A DNA stretch of 61,908 nucleotides, filler included, from Deltaproteobacteria bacterium (GTDB taxonomy: Bacteria; JAUYMQ01): the NCBI GenBank assembly GCA_030698575.1. It is 11 parts of 11 records of this genome, joined end to end, with 100 filler letters (N's around TTAATTAATTAA, not from the genome) between each part and the next. Parts side by side here need not be neighbours in the genome. Positions count along the whole stretch, not along the records: positions 19,172 to 23,288 come from JAUYMQ010000565.1; positions 23,389 to 33,112 come from JAUYMQ010000568.1; 9 more parts are not named here. One strand, given 5' to 3'. Below the pieces are notes generated by a model. The model worked only from the letters and a program-made list of their open reading frames with translations, did not search any database and was not told the DNA's origin. Below are positions 19,072 through 30,396 of this stretch, in pieces. Every line of letters starts with the position of its first letter. The stretch's first letter is position 1. A program made the translations under genes and the position numbers.

Positions 19072-19171
19072 NNNNNNNNNNNNNNNNNNNNNNNNNNNNN
19101 NNNNNNNNNNNNNNNTTAATTAATTAANNNNNNNNNNNNNNNNNNNNNNNNNNNNNNNNNNNNNNNNNNNN

Positions 19172-19326
19172 ACTGCGCGGGCGAACCCGGCGGCGGCCAG
19201 ATCCGGCAGGAAATCCTCGACGATCCCGGAGGCGCCCGGGTGGGGGAGCGCCTGGATGGCCTGCCGGCCGACCTCTCGCGTCGGGAACGTGCGCGTGCGG
19301 GTGTCGATGATCGGGTAGTCCCGCAT
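19172..19326 (-). CDS. Possible amidohydrolase-like N-terminus (truncated, may be degenerate)
   Basis: IIDTRTRTFP resembles IIDxHxH with both His replaced. Confidence 0.3.
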
Positions 19327-19362
19327 GGGTCCTGTTCTCCGTCGCCAGAGGCGTCGCGCTCG

Positions 19363-19530
19363 TCAGGCCGGCGCCTTGACCTCCAGGTGGACGAGTTCTG
19401 CGGCCTCAAGGAGCCGCCGATCGTAGGTCACGACGGTCGCCAGATCCTCGCGGACGGCCAGCGCGGTGGCCTCGGGCTCGGCGACGACCAGCTTCACGAG
19501 CGCCGAGGAGTCGAGATAGACGAGCGTCAC
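19363..19530 (-). pseudogene. vapC: VapC/PIN toxin remnant with internal deletion
   Basis: VYLDSSALVKLVVAEPE joined almost directly to VVTYDRRLLEAA; only 55 aa. Confidence 0.8.
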
Positions 19531-19816
19531 GGGCGGCGCTCGTCGCGAAGCCTCGACAGGGCGCGGCTTGCCTTGCGGGAGGACCGGCGGCCGCGGGGCG
19601 GGCCGAGATCGAGCAGATCCGCCCGGGCCGGCGTGGCCCGCCCCGCGGCGATCAGCCGGTCGAGCACCGTCGCTCCTTCGCCGGCGGGGGCGAGCACGGC
19701 GACGCGGCGGCCGCGCTCTCTGGCGCCGAGGCTGGCTCCCGCCTTGCCGCCCTGAGATAGACGCTGAGGTTCTGGCGCAGCTCGCGCACCCCCACATCGC
19801 CCCGGCCGTATCGCAT
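19527..19816 (-). pseudogene. Phd/YefM-type antitoxin, frameshifted
   Basis: VGVRELRQNLSVYLR in one frame, ERGRRVAVLAP...LDRLIAAG in another; stop overlaps the vapC start. Confidence 0.78.
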
Positions 19817-20185
19817 GTAGCGCACCGTAGCACAGACCGCCCGCCAGGCCTGAGCCGTCCTGCGTCCCCCGAGATGTCGGGCCCATCCTTGCACCCGCCG
19901 CGACGAGGACCTATAGTGTCCGCATCGTGGCGGAGCGGGCCAGCGTCCTGATCGCAGACAGCATCCGGATGGTCGACCGGATCTTCGGCCCATGGCGCGC
20001 CTGACTCTCGGCCGGCGCTGCGCCCCTTCGGACCCGACTCGACGGTTCCGCACAGCAACGACGCCGTCCGCGCGACGGGCTTCCGCACCGTGCCGCCGTT
20101 CCACGCTGATCTTGCTCTCAGGCTCCCAACCCCCTCGGGCCGCTCTACTGCAGCACACGCTGCGTCACCGTATCTGGATGGGTCC

Positions 20186-20203
20186 ACCGAATTCACGATC
20201 GCT
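20186..20203 (+). other. 18-bp mini att-like site
   Basis: ACCGAAT-TCAC-GATCGCT; the right half is 6/7 complementary to the R'' (AGCGAAC) that closes the hicBA cassette. Confidence 0.45.
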
Positions 20204-20269
20204 GGATGCTGGCGAAGTCCGCTGGTCGGAGCCGTCGGCGTATACTGCTGATCCGGGGGGTGTGAGGCG

Positions 20270-20479
20270 TTGATCACGTTCAAGGTCGAGATCGAGCGAG
20301 AGGACGACGGCCGGTGGCTAGCAGAAGTGGTCGAGCTGCCTGGCGTCCTCGCGTACGGCGACACTCAGGAAGGGGCCGTCGCAAAGGTTCAGGCTCTCGC
20401 CCTCAGAGTTATCGCTGAGCGCCTGGAGCATGGCGAAGCCGGCCCCGACCTGGTGAGCATCTCCTTCAACGCAGCATGA
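20270..20479 (+). CDS. hicB: HicB family antitoxin (short, no HTH)
   Basis: EIEREDDGRWLAEVVELPGVLAYGDTQE. Confidence 0.9.
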   Translation: MITFKVEIEREDDGRWLAEVVELPGVLAYGDTQEGAVAKVQALALRVIAERLEHGEAGPDLVSISFNAA

Positions 20480-20688
20480 GCGCTTGGCCGAGTACCCGCG
20501 CTCGGCGGGTACTGGCGGCGCTCTTGAGGATTGGGTGGGTCGTCAAGCGTCAGTCGGGCTCTCACCGAACGCTTTCCCGTGCAGGCTGGGCCGACTTCGT
20601 GTTTGCGTTTCACGACGACGAGGAGATCGGCCCCCGTATGTTGGCCCGGATCGCGAAGCGGACCGGCTTGCAATCCGAGGACCTGTGA
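20476..20688 (+). CDS. hicA: HicA family mRNA interferase toxin
   Basis: LLRIGWVVKRQSGSHRTL...FAFHDDEEIGPRMLARIAK; ATGA overlap with hicB. Confidence 0.92.
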   Translation: MSAWPSTRARRVLAALLRIGWVVKRQSGSHRTLSRAGWADFVFAFHDDEEIGPRMLARIAKRTGLQSEDL

Positions 20689-20700
20689 CAGAAGGCCACC

Positions 20701-20758
20701 AGCGAACGCCACGCTCGATCGGACGCGCGCCGCGCGCCGCTCACCGCGATCGTTCGGC
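20701..20758 (+). other. Integron attC site (58 bp)
   Basis: R'' AGCGAAC, 5-nt spacer, degenerate L boxes around a GC hairpin, 6-nt spacer, R' GTTCGGC. Confidence 0.75.
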
Positions 20759-20782
20759 GTACACAACGAGGAGGCCCTGAGG

Positions 20783-21280
20783 GTGTTTCGTGGTGTCACA
20801 CTACCCAGCGACGTGGCCGGTAGCCTCTGGCTTCACAGCATGCCTGGGCGGCGCGAGCCTTTGGAGCAGGCCTGGGAGGAGGTTCGAATCCACAGCATCC
20901 AGGCCATCGTCTGCCTCGCCGCGTCCGAGGAGGTCCGAGCCAAGTCTCCGTCGTATGCAGCGGCCCTCGACGCGAAGACGGTTCCGTGCTCGGTGGAGCC
21001 GTTCCCGATCCCCGACTTTGGAATCTCTGGCGATCGCGAGGCCTTCTGGTCCCTCGCCTCGAGGATCGCGACGCGGCTGAAGGCCGGCGGGCGAGTTCTT
21101 ATCCACTGCGGAGCCGGCATCGGCCGGACCGGAACGCTCGCGACGTGTGTCCTTCTCGCTCTTGGCCAACCGCCGGCAGAGGCGCAGAAGGCCGTGTCAA
21201 TGATCGGTTCTCATCCGGAGACTGCCGAGCAGAGAGAGCTTGTGTCATGGTGTGCGACCCGCGCTCACCCTACGAGATGA
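20783..21280 (+). CDS. Protein-tyrosine/dual-specificity phosphatase (cassette gene)
   Basis: FPIPDFG and HCGAGIGRTG (CX5R); GAGGAGG RBS before GTG. Confidence 0.9.
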   Translation: MFRGVTLPSDVAGSLWLHSMPGRREPLEQAWEEVRIHSIQAIVCLAASEEVRAKSPSYAAALDAKTVPCSVEPFPIPDFGISGDREAFWSLASRIATRLKAGGRVLIHCGAGIGRTGTLATCVLLALGQPPAEAQKAVSMIGSHPETAEQRELVSWCATRAHPTR

Positions 21281-21281
21281 C

Positions 21282-21351
21282 GCCGAACAAGCCGCTCCAG
21301 CAGATCGAGGCTCGCGTTGCTCGCCCCGCCTGCTGAGCGCCGACGTTGGAC
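21282..21351 (+). other. Integron attC site (70 bp)
   Basis: R'' GCCGAAC, L'' GCTCCAGC pairing with L' GCTGAGC with one extra base, R' GTTGGAC; canonical 5/6-nt spacers. Confidence 0.92.
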
Positions 21352-21386
21352 CGATGTGAGAACCCCATGACCTACGAGATTGCGTC

Positions 21387-21752
21387 GTGAAGACCGCCAG
21401 GCGATCCTCCTTGTCGCCCAGGCTTCGCAAAGAGATTCGGAAGAAGACAGGGGGGCGCTGTCACGTTTGTGGTGGCCCCCTCGGCACGAAGTGGGGAGCG
21501 GACCACGTGCTGCCCCGGGCGCGGGGTGGCCGACACAATGCTGCCAACTACCTGGCTGCGTGCCACATCTGCAATCGAGCGCGGTGGCACTGGAACTCGT
21601 CTCTCATTCGGAAGGTCATGACGCTCGGCATCGTCGCGAGGAAGGAGATCCGCAAAGAGACAAGACTGGGCGAGGCGATCGCAGTACTGTTTCGACGGCA
21701 TCGGGCAGCGAAGGAAGTGCGCAGAAATGGCCGTCGCCTGGCCAGGCGATGA
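21387..21752 (+). CDS. HNH endonuclease (cassette gene)
   Basis: CHVCG...DHVLPRARGG...NYLAACHICN. Confidence 0.88.
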   Translation: MKTARRSSLSPRLRKEIRKKTGGRCHVCGGPLGTKWGADHVLPRARGGRHNAANYLAACHICNRARWHWNSSLIRKVMTLGIVARKEIRKETRLGEAIAVLFRRHRAAKEVRRNGRRLARR

Positions 21753-21755
21753 GCG

Positions 21756-21773
21756 GTCCAATTCACGTTAGGT
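21756..21773 (+). other. 18-bp mini att-like site in place of an attC
   Basis: GTCCAAT-TCAC-GTTAGGT; left half is 6/7 complementary to the HNH cassette entry core GTTGGAC; right half is fully complementary to the next cassette's R'' ACCTAAC. Confidence 0.7.
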
Positions 21774-21786
21774 GGTCGGAGCTTGA

Positions 21787-22578
21787 GTGAGGCGGCCCGT
21801 GACTGCTGTTGCCATTGACTGGTCCGGGGCGAAGAAGCCCGCTGGCAAGATCTGGATCGCCGAGGCCGTCGACGGTTCATTGCGGCGTCTGGAGCCGCTC
21901 GACTCCAGAGACCACGCTCTTGACGAACTGTTGCGGCACTTGGGGACCGACGAGCGTACCATCGTCGGATTGGATTTTGCTTTTTCGTTCCCATCCTGGT
22001 TCTGCCGCACGCAGTCGGTTTCCAACGCCATCGAAGTGTGGGGCGTCGTTCGGGAGGAAGGAGAGCGCTGGCTTCGAGAATGCAGTTGGCCGTTCTGGGG
22101 CCGACCAGGCAAGCGGAAACCGGCCCTCGAAACAGACTTTCGTAGAACCGAGGAACAGGTTGGCGCCACGAATAGCATCAGACCGAAGTCGACGTTCCAG
22201 ATCGGCGGTGCTGGGGCCGTCGGTACCGGATCGATCCGTGGCATGCCCTTTCTTTCGCGGATTCGTGAAGAGGGCTTCGCCGTCTGGCCGTTCGACGCCC
22301 CAAGTGATCAGCTGGTCGTTGAGATCTACCCGCGAGTTCTTACGGGTGCAGTCGTGAAGAGTTCCGAGGCCGCCAGAGCGGAGTACTTGGCGCAGCGACG
22401 CGGAAGTCCGCTGGCGGCGTGTTCGGCGGCGGCCATCAGGTCGGAAGACGCGTTTGACGCAGCGATCTCCGCGTTGGCCATGGATACACACTTCGAGCAA
22501 TTTCAGGGCCTGCCCTCGGGCGACGCGCTGAGCAAGATCGAGGGTGAGATCTGGACGCCGTCGCCGCAGGCCACCTAA
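21787..22578 (+). CDS. DUF429-like predicted RNase H-fold nuclease (cassette gene)
   Basis: VAIDWSGA, IVGLDFAFSFP, VVEIYP, DAFDAAISA; the stop codon lies inside the attC R''. Confidence 0.7.
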   Translation: MRRPVTAVAIDWSGAKKPAGKIWIAEAVDGSLRRLEPLDSRDHALDELLRHLGTDERTIVGLDFAFSFPSWFCRTQSVSNAIEVWGVVREEGERWLRECSWPFWGRPGKRKPALETDFRRTEEQVGATNSIRPKSTFQIGGAGAVGTGSIRGMPFLSRIREEGFAVWPFDAPSDQLVVEIYPRVLTGAVVKSSEAARAEYLAQRRGSPLAACSAAAIRSEDAFDAAISALAMDTHFEQFQGLPSGDALSKIEGEIWTPSPQAT

Positions 22579-22643
22579 CACGGACTGGACCCGACGGCGC
22601 GTTGACGCTCGATTGCGCCGCGGGTCAGTCCTGGCCGTTGATA
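22573..22643 (+). other. Integron attC site (71 bp)
   Basis: R'' ACCTAAC; ACTGGACC pairs with GGTCAGT with one extra G; CGGCGC/GCGCCG stem; R' GTT followed by IS-associated sequence. Confidence 0.82.
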
Positions 22644-23288
22644 TGACTTCCACTGTCAAGAGCTACGGTGACGCCATAACTCCGCTCTAAGGGGTGCCGA
22701 GACCGGCCGGGCGGCGGTGAAAAAACGCGGGGAGGCCTGAGGGCGGGTGACGGCACGAGCGCGGAGGCCCTGCGCGGCGCGCCGCGGCGGCTGCCGGATG
22801 GGCGCCGGCGACTAGCCGAGGGCCTGGCGGATCGCCAGCAGGCGCTGCCGAGCGAGGACCAACTCCCGGGTTCGCTCGCTCCTCACGGAGAGGGTGGCAA
22901 TGAGCTGGCTCTGGTGGACCGACAGACGCGCCGGGGCGTTGAAGATCTCGAATCGCAGCCGCTTGGGCCGGGCACGCCGGAAGCGCTCCGGCAGGGCGCG
23001 GCGCTTCAGCAGGGTCAGGAGGTTGTAGGCGATCGCGTTGATGCGGAACCACGCCGCGTTCGCGCCGAACCGCTGGCTGGGCAGCACCCCGGCGCCCAGC
23101 TCGTCCTTCATGCTCCGGTGCACGTGCTCGATGGTGCCGGCCTTCTCCCAGTGCCAGCGCACGAGATCCGGAGCGCTCATCTCGTCGCCTCGGGGGGCCG
23201 CGGCCTCCTCCGGCGCCGGCCGATTGGTCACCACCGCCAAGTACTTCGCCCCGCGCTCCGCGAAGAGCTCGTGCTGCAGCGGGGTGAT
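22638..23288 (-). mobile_element. Right part of an IS1380-family element (end inferred)
   Basis: Transposase C-terminus plus ~175 bp non-coding tail ending at the attC GTT. Confidence 0.65.
22812..23288 (-). CDS. IS1380 family DDE transposase, C-terminal fragment
   Basis: AVVTN...WHWEKAGTIEHVHRSMKDELGAGVLPSQRFGANAAWF...AYNL...KRLRF. Confidence 0.8.
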   Translation of the reverse strand: MTPLQHELFAERGAKYLAVVTNRPAPEEAAAPRGDEMSAPDLVRWHWEKAGTIEHVHRSMKDELGAGVLPSQRFGANAAWFRINAIAYNLLTLLKRRALPERFRRARPKRLRFEIFNAPARLSVHQSQLIATLSVRSERTRELVLARQRLLAIRQALG

Positions 23289-23388
23289 NNNNNNNNNNNN
23301 NNNNNNNNNNNNNNNNNNNNNNNNNNNNNNNNTTAATTAATTAANNNNNNNNNNNNNNNNNNNNNNNNNNNNNNNNNNNNNNNNNNNN

Positions 23389-24184
23389 GCTGCGCGACGC
23401 GCTCCGCAGCCGGTGGTTCGCCCTCTACGCGCTGGCTTTCGCGGCGCTCGCCGCGGGGCTGTCCTTCCTCTCGCTCGGCGGCGCCGATCTGGTGGGGTTC
23501 GCCGCCTTCGGGCGAACCGCAGCGGGCCTCATCAACCTGGTGATTCTCATTGTGCCGCTCATGGCGCTCACCATCGGGGCCCAGAGCATCGCGCTCGAAG
23601 CCGAGAAAGGAACGCTCGGCCTTCTGCTGGCGCAGCCGGTCTCACGCACCGAGGTGATCACGGGCAAGTTTCTCGGCGCCTCGCTGGCCCTGCTGGGCGC
23701 GCTCACACTGGGATTCGGCGGCTCGGCGCTTCTGCTCTCGCCCTACGTGGCTGCGGCCGCGCCCCCCGCGCTGCTGGCCTGGCTCGTGGGGGTGGCGTTC
23801 CTGTTCGCCATCGCAATGCTGGCGCTCGGCTTTCTCATCTCGTCCTTATCCGCGCGCGCGGGCGTTGCGACGGGAGTCGCGATCTTCGTCTGGTTCGGAC
23901 TGGTGCTGCTCGGCGATCTGGGGCTCATGGGATCGGCGCTTATCATGAAGATCTCGACGCCCGCGCTCCTCGGTCTCGCCATGGCGAATCCCGTGCAGGC
24001 CTTCAAGATTGCCTCGCTTCTGGGGCTGAACGCGACGCTGGATCTGCTCGGGCCGGCGGGAATGTACGCCGTCACCGCTTACGGGGCCGGACTCGCCGGC
24101 GTCCTGGTGGCCATCCTTGCGGCGTGGACGCTCGCCCCCCTCGGGCTGGCGTGGGTCGCCTTCTCGCGAAAGAACGTGCGGTGA
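23389..24184 (+). CDS. ABC-2 permease, NosY-like (5'-truncated)
   Basis: IVPLMAL...EAEKGTLGLLLAQPVSR...GKFLG; ANPVQAFK. Confidence 0.82.
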
Positions 24185-24684
24185 GGCGCGGGGCGCGGCG
24201 GCATGTCGTCGTCCTGACGTTGCTTTTTCTGGCGGCCTGCGGCGGCGCTGTTGAGCCTGAGACCGGCCCTCCCGACCTTGCCTTCGGCCAGCGGGTCTGC
24301 GCGCGCTGCGGAATGTCGGTGGACGACCCCCGTTTTGCAGCGGCGCTTCGGGAGGGGGCGGAGCAGGGGAGCTCATCCCTTTTCGTATACGATGACGTGG
24401 GTGAGATATTTCTCGACATGGCCGCACCCCAGGGGATCGCGCCCTCGGAGATCTGGGTGCACGACGCGGAGTCGAGCGCCTGGATCGAAGGGCGGAGCGC
24501 CCACTACGTGCGAGGCCGGATCGCGAGTCCGATGGCGCTTGGCATCGAGGCCTATGCCGGGGCCGAAGCGGCGACGCGCCGCGCCGGCGAGATCGGGGGT
24601 GAGGTTCTGGGTTTCGACGCGCTGATGGATCTGGCGCGCCGCGGAGATCTCGAAACGAACTTCAATCAGGAGGACGCGCGATGA
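24181..24684 (+). CDS. NosL-family copper-binding lipoprotein
   Basis: Lipobox LAAC; CARCGM, YDDVG, WVHD, SPMALG. Confidence 0.85.
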   Translation: MRRGARRHVVVLTLLFLAACGGAVEPETGPPDLAFGQRVCARCGMSVDDPRFAAALREGAEQGSSSLFVYDDVGEIFLDMAAPQGIAPSEIWVHDAESSAWIEGRSAHYVRGRIASPMALGIEAYAGAEAATRRAGEIGGEVLGFDALMDLARRGDLETNFNQEDAR

Positions 24685-25118
24685 CGCGACATGCGGTGTG
24701 GTTGCTGGCGATGGTTCTTTCAGTAGGGTGCGGCGGTTCGGCGAGCGACGAGGCGCCGCCCGCGCCCGAGGCGGCAGCGCCGACGGAGACGGCGGTTCCC
24801 GAGCCCGAGGTTGCCCCGGCGCCCGAGCTGACGGGTGACGCGACCGCCGGGAGGGACGCCTTCGTGGCCTACTGCTCCGCCTGCCATGGTCCGGACGCGA
24901 AGGGCGTCAAGGGGCTCGGGAAGGATCTCGTGACGAGCCAGTTCGTGGCCGACAACACCGACGCGCAGCTGCTCGTCTACGTGAAGACGGGCCGCCCCAT
25001 CGACGATCCGCTCAATACGACGGGCATCCCCATGCCGCCCAAGGGCGGGAACCCCGCGTTGACCGATCAGGAGATTGCGGACATCATCGCCTATCTCCGG
25101 TCGATCCACGCTTCGTGA
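24681..25118 (+). CDS. Lipoprotein c-type cytochrome
   Basis: SVGC lipobox; CSACH heme motif; MPPKGG axial Met. Confidence 0.9.
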   Translation: MTRHAVWLLAMVLSVGCGGSASDEAPPAPEAAAPTETAVPEPEVAPAPELTGDATAGRDAFVAYCSACHGPDAKGVKGLGKDLVTSQFVADNTDAQLLVYVKTGRPIDDPLNTTGIPMPPKGGNPALTDQEIADIIAYLRSIHAS

Positions 25119-25155
25119 GGCGAAGTAGCGGACTCACACGTTTCAGGGAAGGCCG

Positions 25156-26478
25156 ATGGCCGAACGAATCAGCCCCTGGATGGACGGTGTCAGCGAGCAG
25201 GCGCCCGCGCTATCCGGCGATCTCGACGTCGATGTAGCCGTCGTCGGCGCCGGGCTGACGGGGCTTTCGGCGGCCATCGCCCTGCGCGAGCAGGGCGAGA
25301 GCGTCGCCGTCCTCGAACGCGAGATCGCAGGCTATGGCGCCAGCGGGCGAAACGCGGGGCATCTGACGCCCACGATCGGGAAGGATCTTCCGACACTCGC
25401 CATGCTCTTCGGCCGGTCTCGCGCGGCGGATCTCGTGCGCCTCGTGGAGGCCGCCGTCGGGCACGTCGAGCGCACGATCGAGAAGAATGCGATCGACTGC
25501 GCCTACGAGCCCGTCGGAAACGTCATCGCGGCGGTGCATCCGCGGCAGTTCGCCGCCATCGACCGGGCGGCGAAGGCAGGCGCTGAGTTTGGCGCCGAGG
25601 GAGAACTGCTCGAGGCCGGAGAGATGCGCCGGCGCGGCCTGCCGCGGGGCTTTCTCCGGGGCTACCTGGAACGCCGCGGGGGCATCCTTCACCCCGGGCG
25701 CTACGTTCGCGGGCTCCGGCGCGCGGCGCTGGCCGCGGGCGCGGCGCTCTACGAGCAGACGCCCGTCCTTCGCATCGACGACGGCCAGCCCGCCGTCCTC
25801 CACACGCCTTCCGGCAAGGTCCGCGCGCGCCGGGTCGTGCTCGGCACCAACGCATTCACCGCTGATCTGAATCTCCTGCGCAGCGCGTTCGTGCGCCTGA
25901 ACGTCTACCTCTTCAGAACGGCGCCTCTCTCCCCGGACCAGCGCGCCCGCGTGGGCTGGCAGGGCCGCGAGGGGATCTACACGGCGCACGAGATGCTCGA
26001 AAGCTACCGCCTCACCGACGACAACCGCATCGTGGGCGGCGCCAAGACGGTTCGTTACGGATACGGCGGCAAGGCGCTCCCCTATGACGATCCGAAGACG
26101 TTCGCGATCATCGAGCAGGCCTTCCGCGATCGCTTTCCGGAACTTGCCGATCTCGAAGTGACGGATCGCTGGGGCGGCCCGATCGCCTTCGCGCTCGACT
26201 TCCTCCCCGTGCTCGGCCGCACCGGGAAGCACGGAAACATCTTCTACAGCCTCGCCTATGCAGGACACGGCCTGCCGCTCGCAAGCTACGCGGGTTCGTT
26301 GCTGACCGATCTCATGGCCGGGCGGGAGGGGCCCGGCCGCGCCCTCTGGTCCCGCCGCCGCATTCCGCTCCCGCCGGAGCCCTTCCGCTGGCTCGTCTTC
26401 CGTGCCCTCACGGGTGTTTTCGGCGCCATCGACGCGCGCGCCGACCGCGCCGAGCGGGCGCCTTCGCGCACACCCTGA
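25156..26478 (+). CDS. FAD-dependent oxidoreductase, DAO/PuuB-like
   Basis: VVGAGLTG, GASGRNAG, YAGHG. Confidence 0.88.
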   Translation: MAERISPWMDGVSEQAPALSGDLDVDVAVVGAGLTGLSAAIALREQGESVAVLEREIAGYGASGRNAGHLTPTIGKDLPTLAMLFGRSRAADLVRLVEAAVGHVERTIEKNAIDCAYEPVGNVIAAVHPRQFAAIDRAAKAGAEFGAEGELLEAGEMRRRGLPRGFLRGYLERRGGILHPGRYVRGLRRAALAAGAALYEQTPVLRIDDGQPAVLHTPSGKVRARRVVLGTNAFTADLNLLRSAFVRLNVYLFRTAPLSPDQRARVGWQGREGIYTAHEMLESYRLTDDNRIVGGAKTVRYGYGGKALPYDDPKTFAIIEQAFRDRFPELADLEVTDRWGGPIAFALDFLPVLGRTGKHGNIFYSLAYAGHGLPLASYAGSLLTDLMAGREGPGRALWSRRRIPLPPEPFRWLVFRALTGVFGAIDARADRAERAPSRTP

Positions 26479-26575
26479 CCGGTTCACGCGAAGCTCTATC
26501 CGCTCCATTCCCGCGTTAGCCATCCCCGTCGATCACGGGTATATCTATGAGCGAGGAACCAGGGGAGGGAACTGA

Positions 26576-29287
<2,712 letters not shown>

Positions 29288-29498
29288 GCGGTGTGGGCGG
29301 CCTCCGGCCGTCACCTTGACCGCCAGGCCAGCCCCGCCCGGCCGGCTATCCGGGATTTCCGCCCTCGCGCTCCGCATGGGATACTCACGACACGTCACCC
29401 GCGCCAGGGCCGCTTGAAAGATTGAAACCCGCCGCCGGGTATTGGTGTGTCCGCAGTCGGACCGGAGCCGTTCGCCGTTCAGATGAGGAGTGATTGCC

Positions 29499-30347
29499 AT
29501 GAAATTCGGGGTCCTGATGTTTCCGACCGACTACTCCATCCAGCCGATTGAGCTCGGCCGGGCCGCCGAGGAGCGGAACTTCGAATCGATCTGGTTCCCC
29601 GAGCACACGCACATTCCAGCTTCCCGCCGCACGCCCTGGCCGGGCGGCGCCGATCTTCCCAAGGAGTACTGGCACACCCACGATCCCTTCGTGGCCCTCG
29701 GCGCCGTCGCCGGCGCCACGAGCCGCATCAAGCTGGCGACGGGCATCTGTCTCGTCATCGAGCGCGACCCCATCACACTGGCGAAGGAAATCGCGAGCCT
29801 CGACATGATCTCGGGTGGGCGATTCATCTTCGGAATCGGTGGAGGATGGAACGCCGAGGAGATGGAGAACCACGGGGCGAACTTCAAGGAGCGCTGGAAG
29901 ATCGTCCGGGAGAAGATCGAGGCGATGAAGGAGATCTGGACGAAAGACGATGCGGAGTACCACGGGCGCTACGTCAACTTCGACAAGATCTGGAGCTGGC
30001 CGAAGCCGGTCCAGAAGCCGCACCCGCCCATCATTCTGGGGAGCGAGACCAAATGGGCCCGCCAGCGCGTGGTCGACTACGGCGACGGCTGGATGCCCAT
30101 CTTCGGGATGGGGCAGGACCTCGCGGGGAGTGTGAAAGATCTGCGCGAGCGCGCGGAAAAAGCCGGACGGGACCCGGACTCGATTTCACTCACAATGTTC
30201 GGCGCGCGGCCCGATAAGGAATCGTTCAAATATCTGGAGGGGTTGGGCTTCGAACGCGTGGTTCTTCCTCTTCCTTCAGAACCGGCTGAGAAAACCCTGC
30301 CTCGGCTCGACAAGTACGCCGAGTTCATCGCGAATTTCGGGGCCTAG
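29499..30347 (+). CDS. LLM class (probably F420-dependent) oxidoreductase
   Basis: WFPEHTHIP, DPFVAL, LAKEIASLD..SGGRF.FGIGGGWNAEEM, PKPVQKPHPP. Confidence 0.9.
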   Translation: MKFGVLMFPTDYSIQPIELGRAAEERNFESIWFPEHTHIPASRRTPWPGGADLPKEYWHTHDPFVALGAVAGATSRIKLATGICLVIERDPITLAKEIASLDMISGGRFIFGIGGGWNAEEMENHGANFKERWKIVREKIEAMKEIWTKDDAEYHGRYVNFDKIWSWPKPVQKPHPPIILGSETKWARQRVVDYGDGWMPIFGMGQDLAGSVKDLRERAEKAGRDPDSISLTMFGARPDKESFKYLEGLGFERVVLPLPSEPAEKTLPRLDKYAEFIANFGA

Positions 30348-30396
30348 GGCGGGGCAGAACGCCGATCACAGAACTCCAATATAGAAGGAGGACGTC

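Noticed and set aside
20040-20185. Additional upstream attC (TCCCAAC near 20123)
   Set aside because: No matching L boxes or R' could be paired; too degenerate to call.
20531-20782. N-terminal extension of the phosphatase ORF
   Set aside because: It overlaps hicA and an attC; the RBS supports a start at 20783.
16341-23288. One defence island joining the helicase-ATPase-PLD operon and the cassette array
   Set aside because: They are separated by a linker at 19072-19171, so the adjacency is artificial.
23413-24684. 423-aa ORF as one fused protein
   Set aside because: The N-terminal part is an off-frame shadow of the permease; the real NosL-like gene starts at GTG 24181.
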